Shown here: positions 52,110 to 62,604 of the stretch, one piece after another
Layout of the letters: each line of letters opens with the position of its first letter
How positions within the stretch are numbered: position 1 is the stretch's first letter
Assembly: GCF_963921235.1 (NCBI RefSeq)
Contig: NC_086097.1
Span: 61,010,001-61,074,000, forward strand
Direction: 5' to 3'
DNA from: Mobula hypostoma
Lineage: Eukaryota
DNA: 64,000 bases
The notes under the pieces: model-generated
The model's database searches: none
What the model was told of the DNA's origin: nothing
The model's input: the letters and a program-made list of their open reading frames with translations, nothing else
Translations under genes and position numbers: made by a program

Positions 52110-52964
52110 TGTTACGAGAATACACATAAAATTAAGATGTTTGCTGGCCTGGGCTAGCATCAGTGGCATCAGCAGTTGGTCTGCCACCTGCCCTCAGGGG
52201 AAGGAGAGATAAGGAACAATGGAGCAGCGTCTGGAGATGTGTAATGAAGGGATGTGGGAGAGAGAGCTGTCTGGAGCGGCTCCCCCCTTTGAACCCTGAA
52301 CTGTTTGAAGTGATGGACAGGCGATACCCCAGCAGGGGGATAAAAAGGGACAGGTTCGCTAAGACAGACACACACGCCACCCGAGGTAACGAGACCCTGG
52401 AAGTGGTGCGCCTCTCACGAGTGGGTGAGAAGTATCAGACAACGACAAGGGTGGAAAGGTACGATCAGCGGGAACCCGGTGTGTGTCCGCCCTTGCCTGG
52501 GTGCCGGGTTCACTGCAGAGGATCGACCGCATCTGGAGGAGGGGTCACAGTCGGTGACCTCAGGTGACATCACCAAGGACCCGCCCAAAAGTTGCTCGTG
52601 AGCATCTCGTCGGTCTGTGAGTGAAGCTGTGCTGAATGATGAGTTGTTCCTGTTCTCTCTGTCTCTCTCCCCCCACGTTGTCCCTCGCCATGGCAACGAT
52701 TACTGCGAACTGAACTGGACTGAACTTTGAGTCATTTTGAAATTTGGTCATTTACCCCCTAGACAACGATAGAGCTTGATTGATGCTGTTATCTTAATTC
52801 TGTGCACATGTGTGGTTATCATTGTTGAATTGTTGCATTTATTATCCTTTCGATTACTGTGTTGCTTGTTTCTTTAATAAAACTTTCTTAGTTCTAGTAC
52901 TCCAGACTCCAACTGAGTGTTCCATTTCTGCTGGTTTGGCAACCCAGTTACGGGGTACATAACA
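52110..52964 (+). repeat. 5' LTR
   Basis: TGTTAC...ATAACA, with aataaa at ~52876. Confidence 0.96.
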
Positions 52965-52968
52965 TAAG

Positions 52969-52987
52969 TGGGGTTCTCGTCCGCGAT
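52969..52987 (+). promoter_or_regulatory. Primer-binding site, variant tRNA-Pro type
   Basis: tggggttctcgtccgcgat versus TGGGGGCTCGTCCGGGAT, 4 nt after the LTR. Confidence 0.7.
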
Positions 52988-53063
52988 TTTGAACGCTAAA
53001 TTTGGGACGGAGTAAATTGATTGGGTTAAAATTCCCGAAAGAAAGAAAAGACAAACAGCAGAA

Positions 53064-55970
53064 ATGGAGGTTGAGGAATTTATAAAGGCGCCGACCTTGG
53101 AGGCATTAGAGGATGCCAGGAAATCGGAATTGATAGCTGTGGCCAAACGGGTGAATCTTGCTAAGGTGAAGTCGACAATGAGGAGAGAGGAGATACACAG
53201 AGCTATTATAGAGCACTATGTATCTAAAGGTGTGTTTCCCCAAGGTGAGCTGGGGGAGGTGTCTATTGAAAAACCTGCTGGAGACGCTGTACAGGTACAG
53301 CTTGAAAAACTGAGACTCGAGCACGAGTTCCGGGTACGGCAGTTAGAACACGAAGAGAAGCAGTTAGAAAGGCAGGAGAGAGAGTTAGAAAGGCGGGAGA
53401 GAGAGAAAAAGTTAGAAAGGCGGGAGAAAGAGAAAGAGGTAGAAAGGCAAGAGAGAGAAAGACAGTTGGAGAGAGAAGAGAGAGAGAGGGACAGACAGTT
53501 GGAGAGAGAGGGGAAACAGAGGGAAAGGGAATTTGAGCTGGAGAAGTTAAAGATAAGGGCCGAGCAGGGGCTCGTGCCGAACCAAGGTGGAGGGTTCCGG
53601 GCGACCCAGGAGGTTAGGCTGGTTCCCCCATTTGACGATACCGATGTGGATCGGTACTTTCTCCATTTCGAAAAAGTGGCTATAAGTCAGGACTGGCCGA
53701 GGGAGAAGTGGGTTGTTTTACTTCAGAGTGTACTGAAAGGGAGGGCCCAAGAAGCTTACTCAGCTTTGTCCGCGGAAGATGCCCAGAGATATGAGGTGGT
53801 GAAAGAGGCCATCCTCAGGATTTATGAGTTGGTCCCGGAGGCATACCGGCAGAGGTTCCGGAATGCGAGGAAGCAGTGGGACCGCACGTATTTGGAGTTT
53901 GCTCGTGAGATGCAAACATATTGTGAGCGTTGGTGCGCCTCGAAAGGGGTAGAGGGGGATTATGACAGACTGCTGCAGCTGATTCTGATTGAGCAGTTTA
54001 AAGGTTGTGTCCCTGAGGGTATGAGACCCTACCTCGACGAGAAAGAGGCAGCCACGTTAGCCGCAACTGCTAAGTTAGCGGATGAGTATGCGTTGACGCA
54101 TAAAATGAAGTTTGCCCCGAGTAAAGGCTACCAGAAGGGTAGTCAGGACGGAGGGGAGAGTCCGCCGGAAAAGTCAGAAAGTAAGCCGGGGACTAGTGAA
54201 AAGGATAAGGTAGACCGGGAGCAGTCTGGTAGGAAGTCTCCTGGGGTCGTCTGTTATAATTGTGGGAAAGTCGGACACTTTGCGTCCAGGTGCTTTGCCC
54301 CAAGGAAGGAGACGGGGAAAGGAAAAGCGGAAATTTTGAATGGCTGTATCGAGCTGTTAAGTGAACCGCTAGGGAAGGACAGGTCTGAAAAAGTCCAGGA
54401 AGGGCGCGAGAGGTTTATCTCGGCCGGACTGGTGTCAGTGAAGGAGAGGTTAAAACCAGTTCCAGTGCGGATCTGGAGAGACACGGGAGCGTGTCAGTCA
54501 CTAATACTGAAGAGTGTATTAGAGTTTAGCTCAGAGACCCAGACTGGGGAGGTAGAGGTCAAAGGTGTTGGGGAAGGGACAGAGTCAGTCCCTTTGCACC
54601 AGATACATTTACAGAGCAACCTGGTCTCTGGACTAGTCACGATCGGGGTGAGGTCCGAATTACCGATGAAAGACGTGGAAGTCTTGCTCGGTAATGACAT
54701 CGCCGGAGGAATCGTGTTCCCAGTCGTGAGATTGACGGGTCAGCCTGCTAGCATGGAGGCCCCGCCCCCGATGGTGAATTTGGCTGAAACATTTCTGCCA
54801 ACCTTGTATGAGACAGGGTGTAGTGAGATAAGAGGTAGTGAGGGAGCTGGGACAGACGTAGCAGTAGCCAGGAAAGAATTTGTGCAGACGCAGGAGCGAG
54901 ACGAGGGGCTGATGGTTTTTGCCGAGACCGCTCTCTCTGACACAGCCTTGACAAGCTATTGTGCGGATGAGGAGGTGCTAAGGAAGAAAGGGAAATCAAG
55001 TACAGCATCCGCAGATGAGGAGTGGGGGGTGGTGCAAAAGAGTTATGGGGATGAGGTTTTTAACATGGCCCACGAGGTACCCCCCGGTGGACATTTTGCG
55101 GTGCTGGAGGAAACAGTTGGTGGAATCATGAAAGAGATTTACCGGCTGCCCAGGGGGAAAAATGTTATTGATCATGACCGACGCGAACTGAGACGGTCAC
55201 CGGCTTTTGATATGCTAACAAACCTAGTCGGTGTTAGCGTGGAAATCAATGAAGCTAGGGGCCCCTTGATAAGAGGAAAAAAACATTTTGAAAAGATTAG
55301 TATGGGATCGATCAGACGGGAGAAGGCTATTGTTTTGGCCAGGTCTACTGATAAGGTCTCTCCCTTAATCCCCGAACAAAGCGAATCTTTAGAAGGAGTA
55401 ATTAAACGACTCGCGCCTATGTGTTTGATTGTCCCGAGGAAATGCAAAGAACTGGGACGTTGGGTGATTGTGGTTACAATAGGGCAGCCAAGTAAACAAC
55501 ACCCATATTTTTCGAGTAATTCAGTGACTAAAGGGCTGATGAACACAGAGGTGTGTATTGGCAATTTAATACGGCTGTCTGAAGCCAGTTTGATAGTGAA
55601 CCTTGAAAAAAATGAATTCGGCCACACGAGGGTCACTTACCTGGGAATTGTGGTGACCCAGGGGCAGCTGGCAGTGATGCAAGCTACAGTGCAGGCTATC
55701 GCTGACCTCCCAACCCCGACAGACAAGAGGGCCCTCAGAAGGCTCTTGGAGATGGTGGGGTACTGCAGGAAGTTTTGCAATAACTCTGCGGTCAATACCC
55801 GTCCCCCTCCTACTAAGCCCTTGCGAGAGAAAATTGAGTCGGAATGGGACGACCCTTGTTGTTGTGGTCCGGGACAAAACCAAATGAGAGGTTACATTGG
55901 TCGCAATTCATCAGTGTTTTTGGCCACTATGGAGTTTGCTGAGTTGGAGCCTGGTCTAAGGGATTATTAA
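53064..55970 (+). CDS. gag: Gag-protease fused to a truncated, catalytically dead Pol remnant (968 aa)
   Basis: Open from ATG to stop. E/R coiled coil, PPFDDTDVDRYFLHFEK, SCAN-like ELVPEAYRQRFR..LILIEQFK..AKLADEYA, CYNCGKVGHFASRC and protease WRDTGACQSL. The C-terminus aligns in pieces to IN-N, the linker (KQHPY) and the RT thumb (LRRLLEMVGYCRKF). Confidence 0.9.
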   Translation: MEVEEFIKAPTLEALEDARKSELIAVAKRVNLAKVKSTMRREEIHRAIIEHYVSKGVFPQGELGEVSIEKPAGDAVQVQLEKLRLEHEFRVRQLEHEEKQLERQERELERREREKKLERREKEKEVERQERERQLEREERERDRQLEREGKQREREFELEKLKIRAEQGLVPNQGGGFRATQEVRLVPPFDDTDVDRYFLHFEKVAISQDWPREKWVVLLQSVLKGRAQEAYSALSAEDAQRYEVVKEAILRIYELVPEAYRQRFRNARKQWDRTYLEFAREMQTYCERWCASKGVEGDYDRLLQLILIEQFKGCVPEGMRPYLDEKEAATLAATAKLADEYALTHKMKFAPSKGYQKGSQDGGESPPEKSESKPGTSEKDKVDREQSGRKSPGVVCYNCGKVGHFASRCFAPRKETGKGKAEILNGCIELLSEPLGKDRSEKVQEGRERFISAGLVSVKERLKPVPVRIWRDTGACQSLILKSVLEFSSETQTGEVEVKGVGEGTESVPLHQIHLQSNLVSGLVTIGVRSELPMKDVEVLLGNDIAGGIVFPVVRLTGQPASMEAPPPMVNLAETFLPTLYETGCSEIRGSEGAGTDVAVARKEFVQTQERDEGLMVFAETALSDTALTSYCADEEVLRKKGKSSTASADEEWGVVQKSYGDEVFNMAHEVPPGGHFAVLEETVGGIMKEIYRLPRGKNVIDHDRRELRRSPAFDMLTNLVGVSVEINEARGPLIRGKKHFEKISMGSIRREKAIVLARSTDKVSPLIPEQSESLEGVIKRLAPMCLIVPRKCKELGRWVIVVTIGQPSKQHPYFSSNSVTKGLMNTEVCIGNLIRLSEASLIVNLEKNEFGHTRVTYLGIVVTQGQLAVMQATVQAIADLPTPTDKRALRRLLEMVGYCRKFCNNSAVNTRPPPTKPLREKIESEWDDPCCCGPGQNQMRGYIGRNSSVFLATMEFAELEPGLRDY

Positions 55971-56130
55971 TAACACGTGTAAAAGGAACAGAAAATGTGA
56001 TGACTGTCTGTCAAGGTGTTGACAGCTTCAAACTCGCTGTGTTAGCCAAATAGCTGATAAAGATGTACATTGTGTATGTATCAGATAATGTAGTCATGTT
56101 TGTAATTTTTACCTCCCGGTAAAAATCCTT

Positions 56131-56142
56131 AAAGGGGGGAAG
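56131..56142 (+). other. Polypurine tract
   Basis: aaaggggggaag immediately before the 3' LTR. Confidence 0.85.
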
Positions 56143-56997
56143 TGTTACGAGAATACACATAAAATTAAGATGTTTGCTGGCCTGGGCTAGCATCAGTGGC
56201 ATCAGCAGTTGGTCTGCCACCTGCCCTCAGGGGAAGGAGAGATAAGGAACAATGGAGCAGCGTCTGGAGATGTGTAATGAAGGGATGTGGGAGAGAGAGC
56301 TGTCTGGAGCGGCTCCCCCCTTTGAACCCTGAACTGTTTGAAGTGATGGACAGGCGATACCCCAGCAGGGGGATAAAAAGGGACAGGTTCGCTAAGACAG
56401 ACACACACGCCACCCGAGGTAACGAGACCCTGGAAGCGGTGCGCCTCTCACGAGTGGGTGAGAAGTATCAGACAACGACAAGGGTGGAAAGGTACGATCA
56501 GCGGGAACCCGGTGTGTGTCCGCCCTTGCCTGGGTGCCGGGTTCACTGCAGAGGATCTACCGCATCTGGAGGAGGGGTCACAGTCGGTGACCTCAGGTGA
56601 CATCACCAAGGACCCGCCCAAAAGTTGCTCGTGAGCATCTCGTCGGTCTGTGAGTGAAGCTGTGCTGAATGATGAGTTGTTCCTGTTCTCTCTGTCTCTC
56701 TCCCCCCACGTTGTCCCTCGCCATGGCAACGATTACTGCGAACTGAACTGGACTGAACTTTAAGTCATTTTGAAATTTGGTCATTTACCCCCTAGACAAC
56801 GATAGAGCTTGATTGATGCTGTTATCTTAATTCTGTGCACATGTGTGGTTATCATTGTTGAATTGTTGCATTTATTATCCTTTCGATTACTGTGTTGCTT
56901 GTTTCTTTAATAAAACTTTCTTAGTTCTAGTACTCCAGACTCCAACTGAGTGATCCATTTCTGCTGGTTTGGCAACCCAGTTACGGGGTACGTAACA
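56143..56997 (+). repeat. 3' LTR
   Basis: Near-identical direct repeat of 52110-52964. Confidence 0.96.
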
Positions 56998-57354
56998 CCT
57001 GACAAAGGGTCTCAGCCCGAAACTTCAACTGTACCTCTTCCTATAGATGCTGCCTGGCCTGCTGCATTCACCAGCAATTTTTATGTGTGTTGTTTGAAAT
57101 TCCAGCATCTGCAGACTTCCTCGTGTTTGAGCACATGGATAAGATTGGTTTTAAGGGGTGTGGTCCAAATGCAAGGAAGTGAAGCCACCTTGGTCAATAT
57201 AGATGGGTTAGGCTGAAGTGCCTGTTTCCATGCTATTTATGACATTATAACTTTAAGGTCATGCGCAGTAGGATTAGATGAACAGACAGGCCCTTTAATC
57301 TTGAAAGAAGGCAATTGAGAATTGATCTACTTGATGTCTTCAAAATTTATGGTT

Positions 57355-59890
57355 CAATCCATTGTCCATCATTCAACAATGACAATCACTCTAGTCATCC
57401 TCGATTTGTAGGGGCTTGACTGGTAGAGGGATTGGAGAAGCCAATCCACACTTGAGAAATTCTTTGGCGGACTGTACAAAATGTGGTAGCCATGTTAAGT
57501 TGGCAGCCAATTGCACAGGCTTCCCTGGCCTGCCTATGTCTCTCTGCTGCAATTGTCGTTCAGGTTCATGTGTCATTGCACCCTTATGGAGGAATGAGAG
57601 CCACTCAACCTAATCCTAGGAGGTATGTTCCCATGTGTCTGGGTTTATGCTAAAGACCTAAAATGAAATTTTCAGGGTGTCTTTATAGCATTTTCTTAGG
57701 CCTCCATGGGGACCCTTTCCTTCCTGTAGTTCATCATAAAGCAGACTCCTGGGCAACTGATTATCGGAGATATGAGCTCTGTGGCCAGCCCAGCATAACT
57801 GGGACTGCATCATGAAGGTATAGCTACTGGGCAGGCCCACCTTGATAAGTACCTCAGCGTCAGGGATTCTTCCTTACTTCAGCTTTCTTGATGGTAATGT
57901 CGAGGAGCTTCCTGGGGCAGACTGTGTCGAAGTAGTTCAGTTTTTTGCCATGCCTTTGGTAGACTATCTATGTTTCACTGCCATAAAGCAGAGTGGGAAG
58001 TACTATGGCCCTTTACACCTTCAGTTTTGTTTGTAGACTTATACCTCTTCTGTTCTAAACATTGGTATAAAGTCTGTCAAAGGCTTCACTTGCTTTGGTG
58101 ATCCTGGCATTTACTTTATCATCAATGATGATAGGCTGGGTGAATGTGCTGCCAAGATACATGAACCTTTTCACTGGGTTGAGCCTTTGATCATTGATTG
58201 TGATGTTTTGCTCAACATATGATTTCCCTGGAAATGGCTGTTACATTATTCAATCTTCTTGGTGTTCATGGTGTTGGTATACATACTAGAAAGCTTGTCA
58301 ACACAGCTCTGAATATCATCTTTTGAACTACCATTGAAGGCATAGTCATCAACAAAAAGAAAGTCTCTGATGATGTTTGTCATAACCTTAGTTTTTGCTT
58401 GGAGCCTCCTGAGCTTGAACAGTTTCCCATCAGTGTGGAATTTGATGGAAATGCCTACCTCGTCATCTCTGAAGGCATCACTCAACATGGCAGAAAGCAC
58501 CAGGCTGGATAGTGTTGGAGCCAAGATGCAGCCCTGCTTGACCCTGTTTGAGACAGAGAAGGGTACAGACGTCTCACCATTGTCCTGAACTCTAGTTTGC
58601 ACCATGACAATAAATTTCTTTGGGCACCTGTGGTTCATGATGATCTTCCACATACCCTCTCTGCTAACAATATCAAAGTCATCAGTCTGATCAACATAGC
58701 AGGAGAACAGGTTAGCATTTTGCTGCTGATATTTCACTTGCAGCTGCCTTGCAGAAAACACTACGCAAAGATATCTCCCGACAGTTGTCACAGGACTGTT
58801 GGTTTCCCTTTCACATATACAGGTGGATAATGGATATGTTTTTAAATTCCCATGGAATCATCTGGAGCTTTTCTGTTAGCACTGTATCATCTTCCTTGAA
58901 GACTTCAGCTGGTATTGCTTCTGATCCAGGCGCTCTGCCTCTGATGAGCTAATGTATCACTTTCTGGGTCTCGCTAAGGTCAGTGGAACATGCAGTGCTT
59001 CATTGACAGGTACTTGGGGTTTTGTCATTTCTACTGGAAGGATGATTCAGAACACTGTTAAAATGCTCAACCCATCTATGAAGAATTTTCTCTTTGTCCA
59101 TGTGTGTGTTTTAGTGTGTGCTCCTTAGTGTTCTTATCAGCACTAAGAAGAGAGGATTATCCTGTTGATATGGGGCCATGGACATCTTTTAGTGCAGCAG
59201 CATAGCAGTTCTTTTAAATCACATTTATCTGCATATGCCTGGATCTCATCAGTTTTATTGCTCAGTCAAGAATCCTGCATCCTGCATAGTTTGTGTTATA
59301 CAGTCCTTTGTATGCTATTGATGGCATACTTCTTCAAGATGGATTTTGGGTTGCTTTATAGACACTATGTTTCTCATCGAGCAGTTGTTTGACATCAACA
59401 CAGTTTTCATCAAACCAGCTCTTGCGCTCCCTGGTAGCAGGCCCCAGTATCTCTGTAGCAGTGTTGTATATCAGCTGACCTAACAGTTTCCACTTTCTGA
59501 TGGTTCAGGGGGATGGAGTTCAAGCAGACTTCCAGTGTCAAGAAAAGACTGCTTTATATTAATGCTTTTCAGCTTGGAGATCTTCACCCATCTTGTGGCT
59601 TTCTTTCCTTGTGGATGTCTCTTGGGCTGGATATTGAAGTTTAGACTAGAAGCAATGTGGCGGTGACCCTTACATTCTGCCTGTCTCTCCTTGCACGGCC
59701 CTTACATCCTGCCACTCTCTTCTTGACAATGACGTAGTCAATTAGATGCCAGAGCTTAGAGTGGAGCTGCAGCCACAAAGTTCTGTAATGAGTGGGAAGG
59801 TAGAAAACAGTGTTGCTGTTCAACACTTCACATTCACCACATGTCTGGAGTAGTAGAAGATTGTTGCATTTACAGCGGCCAACACCAAGG
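57355..59890 (-). mobile_element. Degenerate RTE-clade (BovB-like) LINE
   Basis: APE remnant SKLWHLIDYVIV. RT: VKQGCILAPTL, FHTDGKLFKLRRLQAKTKV..FLFVDD. C-terminus QLCWAGH..LPRSLLYDELQEG..GGLRKCYKDTLK. Confidence 0.88.
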
Positions 59891-62125
59891 AATGGTCCTT
59901 AATTGTCTCTTTTATGTAATTTGACTGCTGTGTTAAGGTCTCGCCAGCCACAGTAAACTGGCCAGGGAAAGAAGGGAACAGACAGTTTTTCTAGCCCCTT
60001 CCTGATACCAAGGAGGTGAGCAGTGTTTTCTTGAAAAGGGCCGCTCTGCCGCGCAAGTGGCTGTCAAAAGCCGCTACTACTCCATGTCATTGGATAACAT
60101 CTTCACAGCCTGAGCCACCAGTATGCGGCTTCATGGCTACATCTGCCAGTGTGTCCACACCTGCCACTTCATCACTAGAGTCAAGATGGCTGGAGCTGGA
60201 GTCAGATGCAGTGGATTACCATGACGTCCTTGGTGCTTTGTCACAGTCCACAACATCTAGTTGGCTCCAATTTCCTGCCCATTAAGCCAAACTCATGGTT
60301 ACCTCCACAAAGTCTGCTGGATCTAGTCTTCTCTAGCTTCTCAAGCCCAAATTCGCTGAGCGTTTAAGACTCATCAGTTACCCTCACCTGGTTTAGCCCA
60401 CTCGTCAAAGTGGTTTAACAGGGTGTAGCCCCTGTCACTAGCAAACAGCTGCTAGGCCACAAGTGACAGCTGAGTGCCAAGTGAGGGCTAATGGTGGACA
60501 GGCTACTCACAAGGAAGCAGGATGTGCCAGAGGTTCTACACCTCCCTGACACCGTATACCCCTAAATTTATGGTAGACTTTGATGGAATAAACAAATAGT
60601 ACTTCAACTTGAAGGGAGGAGCAAAACCAAAGGTATGTTGAGAAGTCTAACAGCTAATTCAGTAGACTCATCTAGACCTAAGTTAATGAGACAGTTTAAC
60701 TTGTTATCACAGAAAGTAATTGAGCAAGTTGTATGTTTTGGGGGAGAGTGTGATTAACAGAGGGATGGAACTGGAGATTTTTGCTGATGGGCCTATTTTG
60801 ATAAGGTTAGCTAAGACAACTGAAGGAAATTTAGTACAAGGATAACTGATAAGCTGCATATTTTATGTACGCTTCAGCAAGTTCCTTTTGATGGCAATGT
60901 TAATAATTATGAATACCCAATTAGTCTCCCAAAGCCAGTATAACGGGGCAGGCATTGTGAATAGGAACCAGGAATGAAGAAAATCTGAGCATCTTCAGAA
61001 AGGCAAGTACTTCAAATATTAGGTGTTCCAAGATATTCTTGGGAATCTTTCGCAGTCAAGAGAACACATGGGCTTGTGGTCAAAGGGCTAGAGAAGAGAC
61101 AGTAAATACTAGAAATCCCCAACAGTGTTGCCTTATGACGCAATGAAAGTTTTTGATGCAAGGTCCTTAACCTTATGGAAAACTCTGTTTCTACCTGAAA
61201 TACTGAGCTTTCTAGAGCTGTTTTATTTCAGAGAGAGAAGTCTGAACCACAGGAGGAACATTTCTTTGAAACTCCCTACTCTGCATGAAGAAGAATGCAA
61301 AATCAGAAGTATGAGTAGAGGCGACAAGAAGGTTCATGAAGATGAGGCAATAAAAAAAAAGTTAAAAGGAAAATGCTGAGGATACTCAGCAGGTCAAACC
61401 ACATCCATGGAGAAAGAAACTGAGTTGACATTTCAGGTTGGTTTTTCTTCCCTCTGGGTGAAATATTTCTTCTTAGCTCTGTTCAGAATGACTAAGCCCT
61501 GCAGTTGAGAATGTGACACCAGTTTCTTGAAACCCTGCCTTGGGAATCACCAACTGTACATCAATCCTAACTGGCCCATAAGTATTTGGTATGTTTCAGT
61601 GAGGGCACTTGATATTCTTCTCAATTAAAGAGGCTGCTTAACTGTACCTTTATAGGACAGTCCTCTCCAATGACAGATAATCAATTTATTGAAAAACAAA
61701 CACAAAATGCTGGAGAATCAGCAGGTCAGGAAAAGGTTCAATCTATTGAACAGTTGATGCAATCCTTCCATCACAGTCACATCGTTCTGCAGGGAGGGAG
61801 GCCACACCTGTGCACAATATTTTAAATGTAGCTTTGGCAGAATCATACAGAAATGCAAACATATTTTTATGCTTGCTCAGTGCAGAATCAGGATCAGGTC
61901 TAATATCTCTGGTGTACTTATGTTGTGAAATTTGTTGTTTTACAACAGTACATTGTAATGCATAATAATAAATAAAACTATAAATTGTGATGAGTAAATA
62001 CAAAAAAATAAAATTAAGTAAGTAGTACAACAAGAGAGGAAATAAAAAGTCAGGAAGAGTTCATGGATTCATTGTCTATTTAGAAATCTGATTGCGGAAG
62101 GGAAGAAGCTGCTCCTTAAACATAG

Positions 62126-62126
<1 letters not shown>

Positions 62127-62158
<32 letters not shown>
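62127..62158. repeat. (TG)16 microsatellite
   Basis: Directly visible. Confidence 0.97.
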
Positions 62159-62160
<2 letters not shown>

Positions 62161-62551
62161 CAGGCTCCTGTACCTCCTCCTTGACAGTAGCAATGAGAAG
62201 AGGGCATGACCTGGATAATGGGGATCCTTAACGCTGGATGGTGCCTTTTTCAGGTAACACCTTCTGAAGGTCCTCAATGCTGGGGATGCTAGTGCCCATG
62301 ATGGAGCTGGCTGAGTTTACAGCTTTCTGCAGGTTTTTGTGATCCTGTGCAGTGGCTCCTGACAGTAATACAATCAGGTAGAATGCTCTCCACTGTATGC
62401 CAGCAGAAATTTGTGCATGTTCTTTGTGACATACCAAGTCTCCTCAAACTCCTAATGAAATATGGTCTCTGACATGCCTTTTTTTTGTAATTGCATCAAT
62501 ATGTAGGGCCCAGGATGGATTTTCAATGACATTGACACCAAGGAGTTTGAT

Positions 62552-62604
62552 CAACACACACAGTATCTGCAGATTTCCAACATCTACAGATTTTCTCTTG
62601 TTTG
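62552..62604. mobile_element. Minimal Penelope-like insertion (only the two termini)
   Basis: caacacacac + cagatttccaacatctacagattttctcttgtttg, flanked by a decayed duplication ccaaggagtttga / ccaaggaacttga. Confidence 0.6.

Larger units (their letters stand above)
52110..56997 (+). mobile_element. Very young, probably non-autonomous Gmr1-derived Gypsy LTR element
   Basis: 855-bp LTRs with about 5 differences by eye, 4-bp TSD cctg/cctg, PBS and PPT, and a single intact 968-aa ORF. Confidence 0.95.
51047..57129. mobile_element. Penelope-like element, 5'-truncated with inverted pLTRs, interrupted by the young LTR element
   Basis: Minus arm 51047-51735 (pLTR + GIY-YIG end); plus arm 51781-52109 plus 56998-57129. 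13-bp TSD agcacatggataa (51034-51046 / 57130-57142). Confidence 0.9.
49430..57250 (+). mobile_element. Old CR1 fragment hosting nested insertions (pieces ~49430-49990, 50560-51046, 57130-57250)
   Basis: VYIDFSKTFNKV at ~49445 and ttccacacagatggtggtgggtatatggaatgagctgccagag at ~50950; resumes after the TSD at 57130 and runs to gcctgtttccatgct. Confidence 0.7.

Noticed and set aside
52163..52567. 134-aa ORF duplicated at 56196-56600
   Set aside because: It lies inside the LTRs with a non-ATG start and no recognisable domain; the duplication simply reflects the LTR pair.
53064..55970. Domesticated host gag-derived gene
   Set aside because: Flanked by near-identical LTRs, PBS, PPT and an intact TSD, so it is a recent mobile insertion.
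60345..60380. CTGATGA on the minus strand as a hammerhead core
   Set aside because: No properly placed GAAA or stems.
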